Shown here: in pieces, positions 34,669 to 48,424 of the stretch
Layout: each line of letters opens with the position of its first letter
Numbering within the stretch: position 1 is the first letter of the stretch
Assembly (NCBI RefSeq): GCF_006345805.1
Contig: NC_043006.1
Coordinates: 87,358,001 to 87,422,000, forward strand
Length of the DNA stretch: 64,000 nt
From: Octopus sinensis
Taxonomy: Eukaryota
Direction: 5' to 3'
The notes under the pieces: model-generated
The model's input: only the letters and a program-made list of their open reading frames with translations
Databases searched by the model: none
What the model was told of the DNA's origin: nothing
Made by a program: the position numbers and the translations under genes

Positions 34669-36326
34669 CAGTTGCTATTTCTTGTAAGTTTATTTCTTGA
34701 AGAATCACATAGTTGTTCTCTTATTGGGGTAGTTATCTATGATAAAGAATCCTCTTAGGCACCCATAAAGAAGAAATGAATGTCAATATAGAGATGGTTG
34801 ATATTGAGAAACCAATGGGTGGATAACTGATCAACCAAAACAACCTGAAAAAGGAAACTCATTACATCTCTAGCAACCATACAGAAAACAAATCTTTTTG
34901 AAAATTTTGATTCAGGAAATCAGTCATTTTTATCTTCTCGTATGTGAGAAAATAAACTATCCTTTTATTCTTTTATTGATTTCTGTTATTGGACTGCAGC
35001 CATATAAAGGCAAGTGGGGAAAATTTTGCATTGTTGTTAAATTTGCATGTAATAGCAGTGAAATATTCTTCAAATCACAGCAACTGCCTTAAAAAAAAAA
35101 GCCAGACTAGATAAGGTTTTGCCAAGAAAAGTAACAAGTGGGATGAGCAAGACTATAGTTTTGATCACAGTTTTGCTCAATCAAAGCTGACTTGGGGCTA
35201 AATAACAATGAAATCTTGTAGTTTTGTTTCTGTTTCATTTGTTATTTGATGTAGAGACAAATTAATATAGAAATATGAAACAACTATGAGACTTTATTTA
35301 ACAATGATATTACATTAAGCATTCAAAAGCCAGCCAATCAATGAGCTGTACCCATCTATAAGCCATAACTAAATCAGTGTAACTACTAACATGACTATCA
35401 CAACCATTATGGCTTCAACATCCATCCAAACCTACAAAATTAATTTGTTTCATCCCACTTTATCCATCCTTGTTCTGTGTGGGTCAGCCTCCAAATCTTC
35501 ACTTAATACTTCTATCCATTCAAGATGCTGGAAATAGCAGTAGTATTTCAAAGAAGTCACACAAAACCATCTTTAAAAACAGAAGTGAAGCATTGGATAA
35601 TGAAGTCCTTGATATACTATGTATGAATAAAACAGAGAATGGTCATAACCAGAATAGCAGTGATCAGAGATTTGCTATACTAAGACATACATTGTGGAAA
35701 AAAAAAACAAAAACTAAACAACTGAACAAAAAAAATAAGAGAGTCCCAAAGAACTGGCTATTAAAATGACTAGAATCAGTAGATAGACAGTAAAAAAGAT
35801 GGAATGGTCAAGACTCAAATGTTTTTCATTTTAGTTCTGTTGAATTAAAAATGACCTAAAGTTGGATGACTACAGCATTAATTTCTAAATTAATAATTGG
35901 AGCCAGCAAAGTTAATTATCAAGCCAAGGTACATAAATTACTCGGAGGGGAAAATGTTACAAAAAGCATGAAACTAAAAATATAATATGTTTGGTTTGAC
36001 ATTATGCAGGAAGAATTTTTTAAATGTGGGCATCTAGAGATTATGCTGTTTCTTTAACTGTATACTCAATTACAATATGGAAGTGTAACCTGTGTTCAGC
36101 CAGATAGATTTAAACTTACTATAATAGCTTTAAACTTTACTATAATGGCTTTAGTAAAGGTGTAAATTGTAATCTAGCATTATAATCTTGCAATAAGATA
36201 ATACTCTCACTTCATTTCATTTATAAAAGTGTGTATTGAAGAGGAAATAGACACAAGATATGACAATTTCATAGAAAATGCAATCAGTCAGCTATTTATA
36301 TAGTGTAAAAGTAATATACAATTCAC

Positions 36327-36395
36327 CTGTTGAAATTACATAGTCTCACAGAGAGAGACTTGCCAGATCTTGTAATGAGAAACTGCCTGAAGCAG
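36327..36395. CDS. Candidate exon readable on either strand (minus 36327-36386 QFLITRSGKSLSVRLCNFN; plus 36344-36395 LTERDLPDLVMRNCLKQ)
   Basis: Minus: tttacctgcttcag| ... AACAG|gtgaat. Plus: ttacatag| ... GCAG|gtaaat. Both are open in one frame. Confidence 0.35.
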
Positions 36396-36956
36396 GTAAA
36401 TGTCATATTAAATATAGATAATATAATTAACTATGCTAGCATGTGCTTTTCACAACTTCTTACAACATTCTCATACAAGATGTCTTCAACATTTCAATAA
36501 ACTATTTGTTACATAGAAACATTTTTAATACCAAACATAATATTTCATATAAAATTTCTGAAGGATTTTGAAAATTTTTATATTCGGAAGTATTTGGTTA
36601 TTAGCTTCTTCCTTTTCTTTTTTTTATACTTTTTTGTTTCTTTTTAAACATTATTACTTACCTCATAATATTTCTCCAATATTCTGATATTTTGTCATAT
36701 TTTCCGTCATTTTTATTTTAACAAGAAATATATTTTGTACAGTTTATTTATTTATTTATTTTACAATTTAAACCAGGGTTTTATATATAAATAGAATTTC
36801 TTCCTAACACAAAATACACAGCTGGGAAATAAAAGTCTGTTTATAAAGTGGTTCTTCCAGAGTCAATAGAATAAATAATAATATTTATTTCATTCTGAAA
36901 AATTCTTCCCTTTCGAGTCAGGAAAAACAATTCATCATTATTATTATTGCTATTAC

Positions 36957-36993
<37 letters not shown>

Positions 36994-37598
36994 GCTATTA
37001 TTTGTTTGTCCTTGCTGTTATTTAAAAAATTCACAGCACACCACCATTATCATGTCCATTGTCCAGAATATCCAGCCACCTCAGAATTAGGTGCCACTAA
37101 AATAATTATGGTTAGTTGTTTGATTGACAAAAACAGTGTTTACTTTAGTATCTCATAAATTACCAAGTCTTGGAAATCTAACTTGTTTATGTTCGTGTTT
37201 AGTAAGCAAAATTTATTAAAATACTTAGTTTCTGAAATTTTATTTCTGTAACAAGTTGCCAATTAACTGAACAGTATCGCTCTATTCAACATGTCATATA
37301 CTGAATAAAGTACAGATTATAAGAGAACGGAAACCTGTAACATGAATAATTAAATGCAATGTAAGTTCCAATTTCTTCCAGATATTTGTAGCTGATAACA
37401 GTTTATAACGAACCCTGTCTCCACATCTTTTATCTTTTATTTGTTTCTGTCAATGAACTGTGGCCATGCTGGGGCCTTGCCTTGAAGGATTTAGCTGAAC
37501 AAATCAAACCTAATACTTATTTTTAAAACTGCCATTTATTCTACAGTTCTCTTTTGTCTGACCACTAAGTTACAGAGACATTGACAAAAGAACACTAG

Positions 37599-37605
37599 GC
37601 AGTGA

Positions 37606-37637
<32 letters not shown>

Positions 37638-37788
37638 TCATCGATAAATTTCTTAGGAATGAGAACCCAGGTTTGAAATTTCCCTAAGAGACCTGATGAA
37701 GGCTGGAGGGTATGTCAGCCGAAACGCTGTGTTAACAACAAACAAGATGAGGACAAATATCTGTCAAATGTAAATAATGTAAATAAGG
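37599..37788 (+). mobile_element. 190-bp insertion with 13-bp target-site duplication carrying a hammerhead motif
   Basis: AAAAGAACACTAG at 37586-37598 and 37789-37801; interrupts a SINE remnant (37430-38000). Confidence 0.75.
37688..37733 (+). ncRNA. Minimal type I hammerhead-like motif, probably inactive (U16.1 to C)
   Basis: GAGAC CTGATGA A GGCTG-gagggtatgt-CAGCC GAAA C G C T GTGTT. Confidence 0.65.
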
Positions 37789-38780
37789 AAAAGAACACTA
37801 GTTGTCAAGTGGTGGTGGGGGATAAACATGAGCACAAAGACATACACAGACATATATACATACAATGGGCTTCTTTTAGTTTCTATCTACTAAATCCACT
37901 CACAAGGCTTTGGTCAACCCAGAACTATAGTAGAAGACATTGGCCCCAAGATTCCATGCAATAGGAGTGAATCCCAGAACCATGTGGCTAGGAAGCAAAC
38001 TTCTTATCAGATAGCCATACCTGCTCTTGTAATATTTCATACTGTATTCGTCTCTAAACTTTGTGCTTAATTTTGGTCAAATATTAATCCTGGTTATGTA
38101 TGGGCAGTGTTCCATTGGGTGCTGAAATAGTTCACATGATATAGTACTAGACTGAAGGCACTACTTAGTTCATCTTTCTGTATTCTGTGTTCATTACCTA
38201 CTACGTTGGCTTTGCCATTTTATCTAGTAGATTTTTTAAATCTTTTGTCAGGAAGGGAAAGCTGTGCCCATGACTCTTTATAAGGCTTCCAAGACTAGGA
38301 GAAAGAAAGGAGAGAGGTATCCTTAAACAACAGACTTGGCCTAAATTCATGCAACTGAATGGATCTAAAAGGCCTAAGAGCCAGGTATTACTGTTAATGT
38401 GGGTAACATATTAAGCCTACTATCTATGTAGGACACAATGAGATTTGAACTCGGAATACAAAGAGCTAAAATAAATACTACAAATTATCCCCTTTAGAGT
38501 GAATTATTAGAATGTTGAACAAAATACCTTACAGTATTAATTCCAGCAGTACATATTCTGACATGAAGTCCCATTGATATTAATTTTGTCTTTCATTGGG
38601 GGTTGGTAAAATAAAGCATTAGTCAACTATTATTCCCATTAATCAACTTAACTTCTCTCCCCCAAAATTGTGACCTTGTGTCTATATCAGGAGCTTATCA
38701 TTATTATTAAGGCAGTGAGCTGGCAGAATTGTTACCACACTGGGAAATATGCTTAGATGCCTTTCTTCAAGTTTTGCCTT

Positions 38781-40590
38781 CATCATCATCATTAAACGTC
38801 CACTTCCATGCTGGCATGGGTTGGACAGTTTGACATGGAACTGGCTAGCAGGAAGCTGTCTCGACTCCAATTGTCCGTTGAGGCATGACTTCTATGACTG
38901 AATGCCCTTCCTAATGCCAACCACTTAACAGAGTGTGCTGGGTGCCTTTTACATGCCACTGGAAAGGGTGTGTTTATGCAGTACTGGCACAGGTGTTTTT
39001 TTAAGTGGCACTGGCACCTGAAAAGACAAGCCTGTATATGTGGAAGACAGCGATTTTACTTAGCCTGATGTGCCTTTTCAAGTACAGCAAATTTCCACAA
39101 CCCTCAGTCCCTTGTCCTTTCTTCAGTGAAGCCCAACATCCGAATATCCTTTCTCACCACTTTATCCCATGTCTTCCTCGGTTTACCCCCTCCACAATCA
39201 GAGTTCGGCACCTCTTTACACAGCTGTCCTCATCCATATGCATCACATGACCAAACCAGCACAGTCTTCACTCTTGCACACAATATTTTATGCCTCTTAT
39301 ACTCAGTTTTCCTCTTAAATCACTAACACTCTGTCATGTATGCACACTGGCATTACCCATCAAATGGAGCATACTAACTTCATTTCTTTCAAGCCTTCGC
39401 AAGTCCTCTATAGTCAAAGCCCATGTTTCACTGTCATATAACATAGCTGTACATAGACAGGCATCATACAATCTGCCTTTCACTGTGAGGGAGAGGCCCT
39501 TAGTTACCAACAAAGGTAGGAGCTTTCTGAACTTCACCCAACCCGTTCTTATCCTAGCAATTACACTTTCAGAACTTCCTTTATCACTGCTAACTTGGTC
39601 TTCTAGGTAACAGATGCTATCTACTACTTCTAATGATCCCCCTGAGCATACAGACGAGCCTATTGTCCATATATTTTTTAGTGCTTGTTGTACCTGCACA
39701 TTTGCCACACACAAAGACTATATTCTCCATTAATCTTCCTCTGATACTGCTACACCTCTTATGTGTCCAGAGCTTGTATTGGGTACAATGTATGGAGTTT
39801 CTACCAACACCCTTCTTACATATCAAGCAAGGCCAACTCCCAGAAGGGACTTGTGATTTGTTGGTTTTCCTACTCACTAGGACTTTGGTTTTTGCAAAAT
39901 TACCTGAAATCCTTAGATTCCAGACCTTGTTTCCACACCTGAAATTTCTTCTCAAGGTCAAGTAATGATTCATCTTTAAGAAGGTCATTAGCATACAGGA
40001 GGTCTCAGGGACAGCCAATCTTAAATTTCTCTGTTAAGGTCTGGAGGACTAAGATAAACAGGAGGGGGCTGAGAAGTGAGCTTTGGTGAACTCCTACCTG
40101 TACACTGAATTCATTGCGATATTCATTGCCAACCTTTACTTTACTGACAGCATTCCTGTACATAGCTTGTACCATTCTCATTAGCCATTCATCTATCCCT
40201 AGCTTTCACATAAACCACCTGGCAGGGGACCCTGTCAAAGGCTTCCTCCATGTTGACAAAAGCCAGGTACAGAGGTTTATTTTTGGCTAGCCATTTCTTC
40301 TGCAGTTGTCAAACCAGTAATACAGTGTCAGTCAGGCTCCTGCCTTGCTAAAATCCTAACTGTATCTCATATACACTAATCCTCCTCCTTATTAATTGAG
40401 CTATGACCTTTCTGTGACTTTCATCACCTGGTCCAGCAATTTTATGCCTCTGTAATTATCTCTATCTAAAGCATCACCTTTGCCTTTCTAGCAATTGACA
40501 ATAATGATGCTACACCAATCGTTAGGTATGACTCCCTCATGGACAACCTAATTAACTATACAGGTGACTAGGCCATATCCTACTCTGCCA
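38781..40590 (-). mobile_element. Degenerate RTE LINE 3' half
   Basis: PCLICKKGVGRNSIHCTQYKLWTHKRC, RIRTGWVKFRKLLPLL, GVHQSSLLSPLLF; (CAT)n tail at 38781. Confidence 0.85.
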
Positions 40591-41169
40591 GATATTTTAA
40601 GCATTCTGAATTCAAATTCTGCTAAGATCAACTTTGCTTTACATCCTTTTGGGATTGATAAAATAAGTGCCAGTTGAGCTCAGGGGTGGTTGTAATCGAC
40701 ATGCCACCTCCGCTAAATTTCAGGCCTTGTGCCTATAGTAGAAAATATTATCATCATCATCATTGTTGAGTGTATTGTTTGCATTTCATATCACCAGATC
40801 CAACCCATGGTCCTATTCCTAGGAAGATATTTTTTACGTATTTCTTGTAGGATGATGTGTCCTAGGATTTTGTTAATGAATTATTCCAGTGTACTTTTTG
40901 ATTAACTCAAGTTCTCTGATCACTGCTGGTATATTTTAACCCTTTAGTTATATTTCTGTTCAAAAACATTACCTCTGTTTCAATTAATTTTAAAGATAAT
41001 GAAGAAATTAATAAAATAACTGTCTTTGGCAAATCTGGTGTTTTGAACACAATTTTAAATGAAATTTTGTTAAAAATTTCTATGAGAGATGAAAGTAGTA
41101 ACTGTACTGAGAAGCAATGTTTATCACCAGATCAATAAGGTTGTTAACTTAGATCACCTCAAAAAAGAA

Positions 41170-41790
41170 GGTTCATATAGAACCAGGGATGTTTTCAGGT
41201 AGGTTGGTATCAAAAAGGTTGGGTGGTCATAGCCCATATTCCAGAAATGAAGTATCACAGTCTGCTGGTATTGTCATCATAATCAACTTACAAGGTTCAT
41301 CCTTGTGGTTCATTATGAGGTCTGGCCTGTTTGCTTTGATTCCTCTATCTGATTGTACTAGCATATTCTATACGATGGTAATATTATCAATGCTGTTGTC
41401 AGGCAGTGATCTGTTGGAATCATTAGTGCACCAGACAAAACGCTTAGCAGCATTTCTCCTGACTTTATCTTCTGAGTTCAAATGCCACTGGAGTCAACTT
41501 TCCCATCAATAAAATAAGTACCAGTTGAGCACTGAGATTGTTGTAAGTGACTTGCCCCCTCCCTCAAAATAATTGGCTTTGTGTCAAAATTTGAAACCAA
41601 TATTATTTTTGTTAGCAATGGTTGTGGTTTGTGGTCCTGCCATTTATTAGAGACTAATATCATATTCCCTGCATATTTTCCAGTGTAGATATGCTACTGA
41701 TTTGTGATGGCAGTAGATATATTCATATTTTGCCAATACTGGACACCTAAAGATGATATGGTTAGTGATTTCTTCAAAGGTTTCACATAG
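41170..41790 (-). pseudogene. Second R4/Dong-like remnant (CCHC and RLE PD motif) with SINE insertion
   Basis: EEITNHIIFRCPVLAKYEYIYCHHKSVAYLHWKICREY and DRGIKANRPDLIM. Confidence 0.65.
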
Positions 41791-42325
41791 GCACAGGCGT
41801 GGTTGCGTAGTAAGAAGTTTGCTTCCTAACCATATGGTTCCAGGTTCAGTCCCACAGCCTGACAACTTTGGTAAATGTTTTCTAATATAAACAATGGTCA
41901 ACCAAAGCATTGTAAATGGATTTGGTAGATGGAAGCTAAAAGCTTATCATGTGTGTGTGTGTTCCTCATTACTGCTTGGCAACCAGTGTTCATGTGTTTA
42001 GGTCGCTGTAATTTAGAATTTTCTTCAGGGCAAGTAGCCCATCCTGCTCAAAAGATCTCTGAATAGGGTTTGTTTAAGTATGATGAATGAAACGCCCATG
42101 TTTCTAGAGGTGAATTATTCAAACCCCAAAGATTTTTTCTCAGCACATAACTATAATGCTCCTCCAATACTTCTGTTCATGAACAGAGATGTACATATCG
42201 TCAGCCACTAAGGAACATGATCAACTAGTTAAGGTTGAGCAACTGACAAACAAATCTGTGATACTGAGCAGAATATATGCTGTAGCCCTCCTTTTATACC
42301 AAGACAAAACATATACATGTATTAC

Positions 42326-42359
<34 letters not shown>

Positions 42360-43639
42360 GTTGAAGATTGGCAGAAATTGCAGAATGGCAGATAAAATGC
42401 TTTGTGCTATTTACTTGCATGCCTTTACATTCAGTTCCTAGGCTGACTTAGCTTTTCATCTCTCAGAGACAGTAATATAGGCACCAGTCAAGTATGGCAA
42501 TCAATTTAATTGGTTGTTCTCTCTTTCCCTAAAATTGTAGCCTTGTGTCAATTTTTGAAATCATTAATGTTGTTGTTGTTGTTGTTCTTAATGTAATTAT
42601 CCTATTTTCTTTGTTTCTGTTTATGGTGAGGGATGGGTTTGATACCATGGTATTTATTTTGTTCTTACATAATTATTGTGCGTTTTTTTCCTTTTTATGT
42701 ATTTGTTTCTTGAAAGTGGAATGAAGAGAAGCAGTATTTAACTTGAGGTTATGTTTGACTTGTTGATGTTGTTACTGTTGTTTTCATTGATTAAATCTAA
42801 GGACCTTCAGGAAACACAAACTCAGGCATACACAACACATAGATCAATAACCATGCACATATATGTACAATCACAAGTATGTATTTAGACACATGCTGAC
42901 CCACACATAAACAAGTGCCCCTGTACATATACATGTAAAGACATAAATATATGCTCCATGCTCATCATATTGATAGCAATGCAAATAATTGCACATGCAA
43001 ATGCTCACATAGAGAAAAATATACATGTACACTTATAAATATTCATGCATTAGCAAACACATTAACTTATGTTAATAGAGAGAAAGCATGCATATAAAAT
43101 ATTTTTATTTTCATCAAATTTTTATCTTTTTTTTCAATCATTAACTTCATTCAACGTTTGTTTATTTTCTTAATTACTTAGTAAATAAGGATGTCACCTA
43201 GTATTATGTAGCATCACAAAAGATGCAAATATCTAAATACAAATTAAAATCTTTCTTACTTTATCCTCATGCCTTGTGAAAATAGCTCTCAAGTAGCAAT
43301 CGGCATGAGTTACACCTCATTACCTACAGTTCTGCCTCAATGGAATTTATACAAAATTTTCAGATTCTTTTAGTGAATTTAGATTCTATTTTATTTCTCT
43401 CTCTTTTTTTTTTAAATTTGATAAATCTGAGTTGACTTTATCAACAGAAATCGAAATTCCAACTCAAAGGGAAATATAAGAAAAAATTTAATTTACTTTT
43501 TGTGTAACTTTTTTGTGCCTACATTATTAATATGCAGAAAAATAAATATTTATTGGTATTTCACAACTCATCTAAAGGTAAAGAGTATGTTTTAATATTT
43601 TATGAACAAATTTTAATTTTTTTACATCATGATCCTTGT

Positions 43640-45320
43640 CACATTTATGCTAGCTTTTCTATATTTGCATGGAAACGATGGGTCCTTTCCAACATGTCAT
43701 CTCATCTTTTGTTGCATTCCTTTTTCATTTTTTTTCTCAGTTTTGGCATCCTGAGATCAGCTTTCACAACCTCTGCTTATGTCTTCTTTGATGTTGTTGT
43801 TCTAGATTTTCCTTTCACATGGATCTCTTTGAACTTATTTACCTATCTGTTATCCATATGCATTAAATGCTCAAAGTAATTCAGTCAACTGAGTCTTCTT
43901 ACAACCAGATTTCTTCTCACTTTATCTGTTTTATGTTGTTCATGCACATTAACATTGCACATCCAGCAGAGCATCCTTACTTCATTTCTCTCCAGCTTCA
44001 CACACATCACACCTCACTATTCTGCAGCATAGCACTTAATATACAAGCACATACAATTTAATCTTCACCTAAAGACATAATCCCTTAGTTGCTCAGAAAG
44101 GTAGTAACATCCTGAACTTTTTCTGTCCACTATGCCTTCAGGTGACCCTCCTGATTAGGCTACCTGAGTTATAGAAACTATTGACTGCTATAGAGTCCCC
44201 CAAGCATGGAAAAGAATATAAGTGCTCTGAATGCTAACTCCTGCAATTATGTCTGCAACACATGAAGTCTTTACTTACCATCAACCTGCCTCTGATCCAT
44301 GAACACTGCCTTTTTACCCATAATCAACACCATATGGAGTTCCTATCCACTCTTCCTCCTTTTCTGCATATCAAGCATATCCACTGGTATTAACTTTGCC
44401 TTTCATCATTTCAGGGTCAACAAAATAAATATCAGCTGAGCACTGAGGTCAATGTAATCGACTCATCCCTTCCCTTAAAACTGCTGGCTCTGTGCAAAAC
44501 TTTGAAACCATATCAAGCATGGCCATTTACTTGATGGCAACAGAGACCTGTATTCATTCCCACCAATCAACACCCTGATTTTTGCTAGGCCTCTCAATTC
44601 AAGGTTTGTATCTAAGCTTTTAATAGATCCTGTTCTATAGCTGAACTAGATCGTTATCCCATAGAGTGCTGGCTTTAAAATCCTCTGTTATAGCTTGAAG
44701 TACTAAAACTGGAGATTACTGAGAACTGAGCCTTGGTGAACACATATGTGCATGCTAAATTCCTCATTGAACTTATTACCAACTTTTACTTTACTAACTG
44801 TGGCTCCATATACAGTTTGTACTATTCTCACAAATCATTCATCTACACCTAACCATTAAGACTCTGACATGGCACAAATCTGAACAACATCTCATCTCAG
44901 CTGTCCCTCTTCATGATCAATTGTGCTAATATTCTGTTACATAATCTGGTCCATCACTTTCATACCTCTTTCCAAACCATCTTGTTTGTCCTTGTAGCAG
45001 TTTGTTACACTGCTTTGCTGGAGCATGACACTTCTCTGAATTATTTCGTTGCCTATGTGGGAGACTAACTATTTTACCAGATATTTTCAGCATTTCACCA
45101 ACTACAATAGATGAACTTATCTAATTTCTACACTATATCCTTATAACCATTTCACCTGTTCACTTCAATAGCTGATCCTTCTGTTGAGTATGCTCTGGAT
45201 AGTTTCTCTTTCTCTCACACATTTTTCCACACTCAGCAGCCTCTCCCAAGAACAACTCTGAATCTCTTTTCATCAACAATATCTTGATTTTACTGACAAG
45301 CTGCATTTGTTTTGCAATCT
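43640..45320 (-). mobile_element. Highly degenerate RTE LINE remnant with SINE insert (44390-44510)
   Basis: Segments 43880-44150 and 44580-44860 align by eye with the reverse complement of 5050-5400 and 5750-6000. Confidence 0.55.
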
Positions 45321-46714
45321 AGAATACCTACTTAGGCATATTACAACTTATACCAGATAAAACTGCAGGTATGCAATAAATATTGTTGAAATGTAAAGCA
45401 GCCTAAGAGCTTGTCCAAACTTTTGATTTCTGCATTTTCTTCTCATAAGAGTGCAGTATATAAAATATGAAGGATTATTAACATTTGGCATTATGGGGTT
45501 AAGATTTATATTTTCAGTTTTGCTTTACTTTGTTTTATTTCATTCCATTTCCATTTCCAGCTTCAAAATATTTTTGATTTGAGATTTCAACTTCTTTTTT
45601 ACATTTTATCAATTTCTATTTCAAAAAGAATAAACAAAAGGAGAGAAAATAAAAATAAAACTAGAATCAAAATTCCATTCTTTCAATCCATTCGTGACAA
45701 TATTGTTACTGAAATACATTGATAATGTGTTTCAATTCATTTGTTTCAAGAATTTTGATTATAAAAATGGTACATAGAGTATGACAAAAATTCTTAAAAT
45801 TAGGATCTGGATCAAAGATTCAATATGAACACTTTAAAATGGAATTTTGTACAACAGAATTAAGGATAGTTTCAGGTAGGTTGATATCAAAAGAATCAAT
45901 GAATACTGAATGTTTATACAGCAAGGTAGAGTGTTTTACAGTATTCTAAGCTCCATCTTCAAATGTTGTTGGAGTGAATGTTGTATTTTATCCTCTCTGA
46001 GTAATTGAAATAAGTACTAGTTATATCCTAGGAGTTGAAAAAATTGACTAGACATCATACAAATTTGCAACTTAGGACCAAAATTTACAAAAAATTCAAT
46101 ATTTAGAGGCCATTAACTAAGAAACAGAAGATGGACAATAGCAGAAAAACAATATATTTGATTTTAGCATCATGTATGATGTTATTGGTTATAGAGACTG
46201 TGGAATTAAAATTTTATAAAAATCTTATTTAATCCATTCAATAAAGTTCTAAATTTGTCTAAGAATTTGGAGAAAATTGTTGTGATATATATAGTTCAGG
46301 TTATAGGTTGTAGCTATTTCTATTAGCTAATTGTTGTTAACTATTTTTTAGTAGCCATTAGCCACTTCTTCATTGCTGTTAGCTAATAGCTATTAACTAT
46401 TAATTATTTTTATGTAACTATTGCACTAGCCTGTCTATCATTCTTGATTGTATTTATTTACCTTCTAATTGATCTTTATAGAGCTTGGGAGGAAAGTAAA
46501 AAGCAACACAAATCATTTATTGAGGTGAATGTAAATAATTATGTATTCTTGGTTGTGAGAAGCAGACATAGATGAGTGATAAAGAAGTTTGCTTCCTAAT
46601 TATGCGATTTCAGGTTCAATCCCCTGGTATGACACCTTGAACCAGTGTCTTCTCAGACTGAGCAAAGCCTTGTGAATGGATTTGGTAGATGGAAACTGAT
46701 AGAAGACCATTGTA

Positions 46715-46746
<32 letters not shown>

Positions 46747-46828
46747 AGAGAGAGAGAGAGAGAGAGAGCATGTAGGAGAGGGAGCAAAAAAAGAAAATAT
46801 GTGTGCAAATGCATGCAAGTGTCCTGAC

Positions 46829-47010
46829 CTTAGCATCAGTTGTTGTAAATGTGTATAAACATTATAGAAGGTGTCATTTGTTTCCAATATTCTGTGAAAA
46901 TATGTGTAGGCATGGAGAAATATTGCCTCATTCAGAAACAGGTAAGGGCTTGTGGACAACAAGAAGTATGTCTGGTTGTAGAAATTCTGCCTCAATAAAT
47001 TCCATCTGGC
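46829..47010 (-). CDS. Candidate exon (ARWNLLRQNFYNQ...YTHLQQLML), alternative to the plus-strand model
   Basis: Acceptor ttgtcttgtatag|, donor AG|gtcagg, 182 nt open phase 0-2. Composition is close to random AT-rich coding. Confidence 0.22.
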
Positions 47011-47166
47011 CTATACAAGACAAATTGGTGGAGTGGCTACTAAAATGAAAATGATGGTGATCTGTGTTAGTAAAAAATTTACAGTAAAGTTAATGAATCC
47101 GGATAAGTCTGTATAGTGAGTGAAGAAGAATTTGGTATTTCTGGGAGAAAATACATTTTCTTTCAG

Positions 47167-47282
47167 ACAAAGGTCAGTCCTAAAAACATTAGATCTCTCT
47201 TTTTTACCCCTTTCCATGGCATATGGACTAGTCCAAGCTCATGAACCTCTTTGTATGAATGAATATAAAAACAAAAATTATG
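47167..47282 (+). CDS. Candidate internal exon (QRSVLKTLDLSFLPLSMAYGLVQAHEPLCMNEYKNKNY)
   Basis: Acceptor cattttctttcag|, donor G|gtaatt. Phase-compatible with 46910-46941 upstream and 48261 downstream. Confidence 0.35.
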
Positions 47283-47466
47283 GTAATTTGATGTTGGGCA
47301 ATCTATTTTGTGTAATACAATGTAGAACAAAAGACTTATTAAATACTGTGTTAATTCTGAAAGTGAAAATATGTAATTCATACACCAACGGAAGTAATCA
47401 TGCCTAAAATAATTTCAGAACAAAGCTGAATGTCAACAACTTTTTTATTTTCTCTGTACAAGTAAA

Positions 47467-47640
47467 TCTCTCTCTTTATAAAATTCTTTGTCTCTGTCTG
47501 TCTGTCAGTTCCTTATGCATTCTCAAATGGTTCCACCAAATCGAATCAAATTTTACAAGGTAATAGTATTACACCCCGTAAGTGTCAACATGTAATTTTT
47601 ATTTTCATTTTGATTGAAACAATGTAACATTTTCTCGAAA
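47467..47640 (+). mobile_element. Helitron-like 5' end
   Basis: A|TCTCTCTCTTTATAAAA..(CTGT)n.. pattern, analogous to the 5' end at 50812. Confidence 0.35.
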
Positions 47641-48260
47641 ATAGTCTTTCTATAATCAACTATAGTAAGATTTTATATTATGACAATGATGTGTATGTGT
47701 CTGTGAGTGTGTATATGTTTGTGCTTTCATTACATACGAAATAGTAAAGGACACAATGACACACACATAAATAAATTAGACCTCTGTGTGAGTGTATTCG
47801 CTTGTCACATGAAAACAGCTGTGCAAATTGATTCCATACTTGGGATGCATGAATAATTTGACCTCAGATACATAATAGGATCTTCATTTATTTTTTTTAT
47901 TAAAAATACTTCTTCTCTTTCTATTTCTTACTCTATCGTTTTCTCTTCATTCTGTCAACCATTCCACCAACGAATCTGGGATATGGTAGGGTGTCCAGTT
48001 CCCCCACTTTTCCGAATAATAGATATGCACACACATATATATAACACAAAAGAATAAGGATTTAAAAATCCAAGTGAATACAATTAAGCATTCTGTAGTA
48101 ACATACAATAACATTTATACTTTTGTTCAGTTAGTAAATCCAAAGTTAATTTCAGAATATTTTTAATCACAGAGTATACTGTGAAATACAACAAGGAATG
48201 GAAAATTATACACTTTTAATTCCTAATTTACAATTTATAATTCGCTTACATGTGTTTCAG

Positions 48261-48322
48261 GTAAGCCAGTGTTGAGTGATTGCTTTGAAGAGGATATGCT
48301 GGTGTTTCCTACATCTATGTAG
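48261..48322 (+). CDS. Candidate terminal exon (GKPVLSDCFEEDMLVFPTSM*)
   Basis: Acceptor atgtgtttcag|, phase 1, protein-like composition. The same site could instead be a donor (CAG|gtaagc). Confidence 0.3.
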
Positions 48323-48389
48323 TACTATTGAGTTTTCAATATGGTTTGAGTAATGAGCAGAACTAACACAATTTTCTATTCTTTCATAC

Positions 48390-48424
<35 letters not shown>

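Noticed and set aside
18451-48322. Faint recalled resemblance of parts of the plus-strand exon chain (F.ST.IP..L.S.I; D..VFP) to the N-terminal half of NSUN7-type proteins
   Set aside because: Low identity, depends on hand-picked exons, and the chain stops before any methyltransferase domain. No gene symbol assigned; a BLASTP would settle it.
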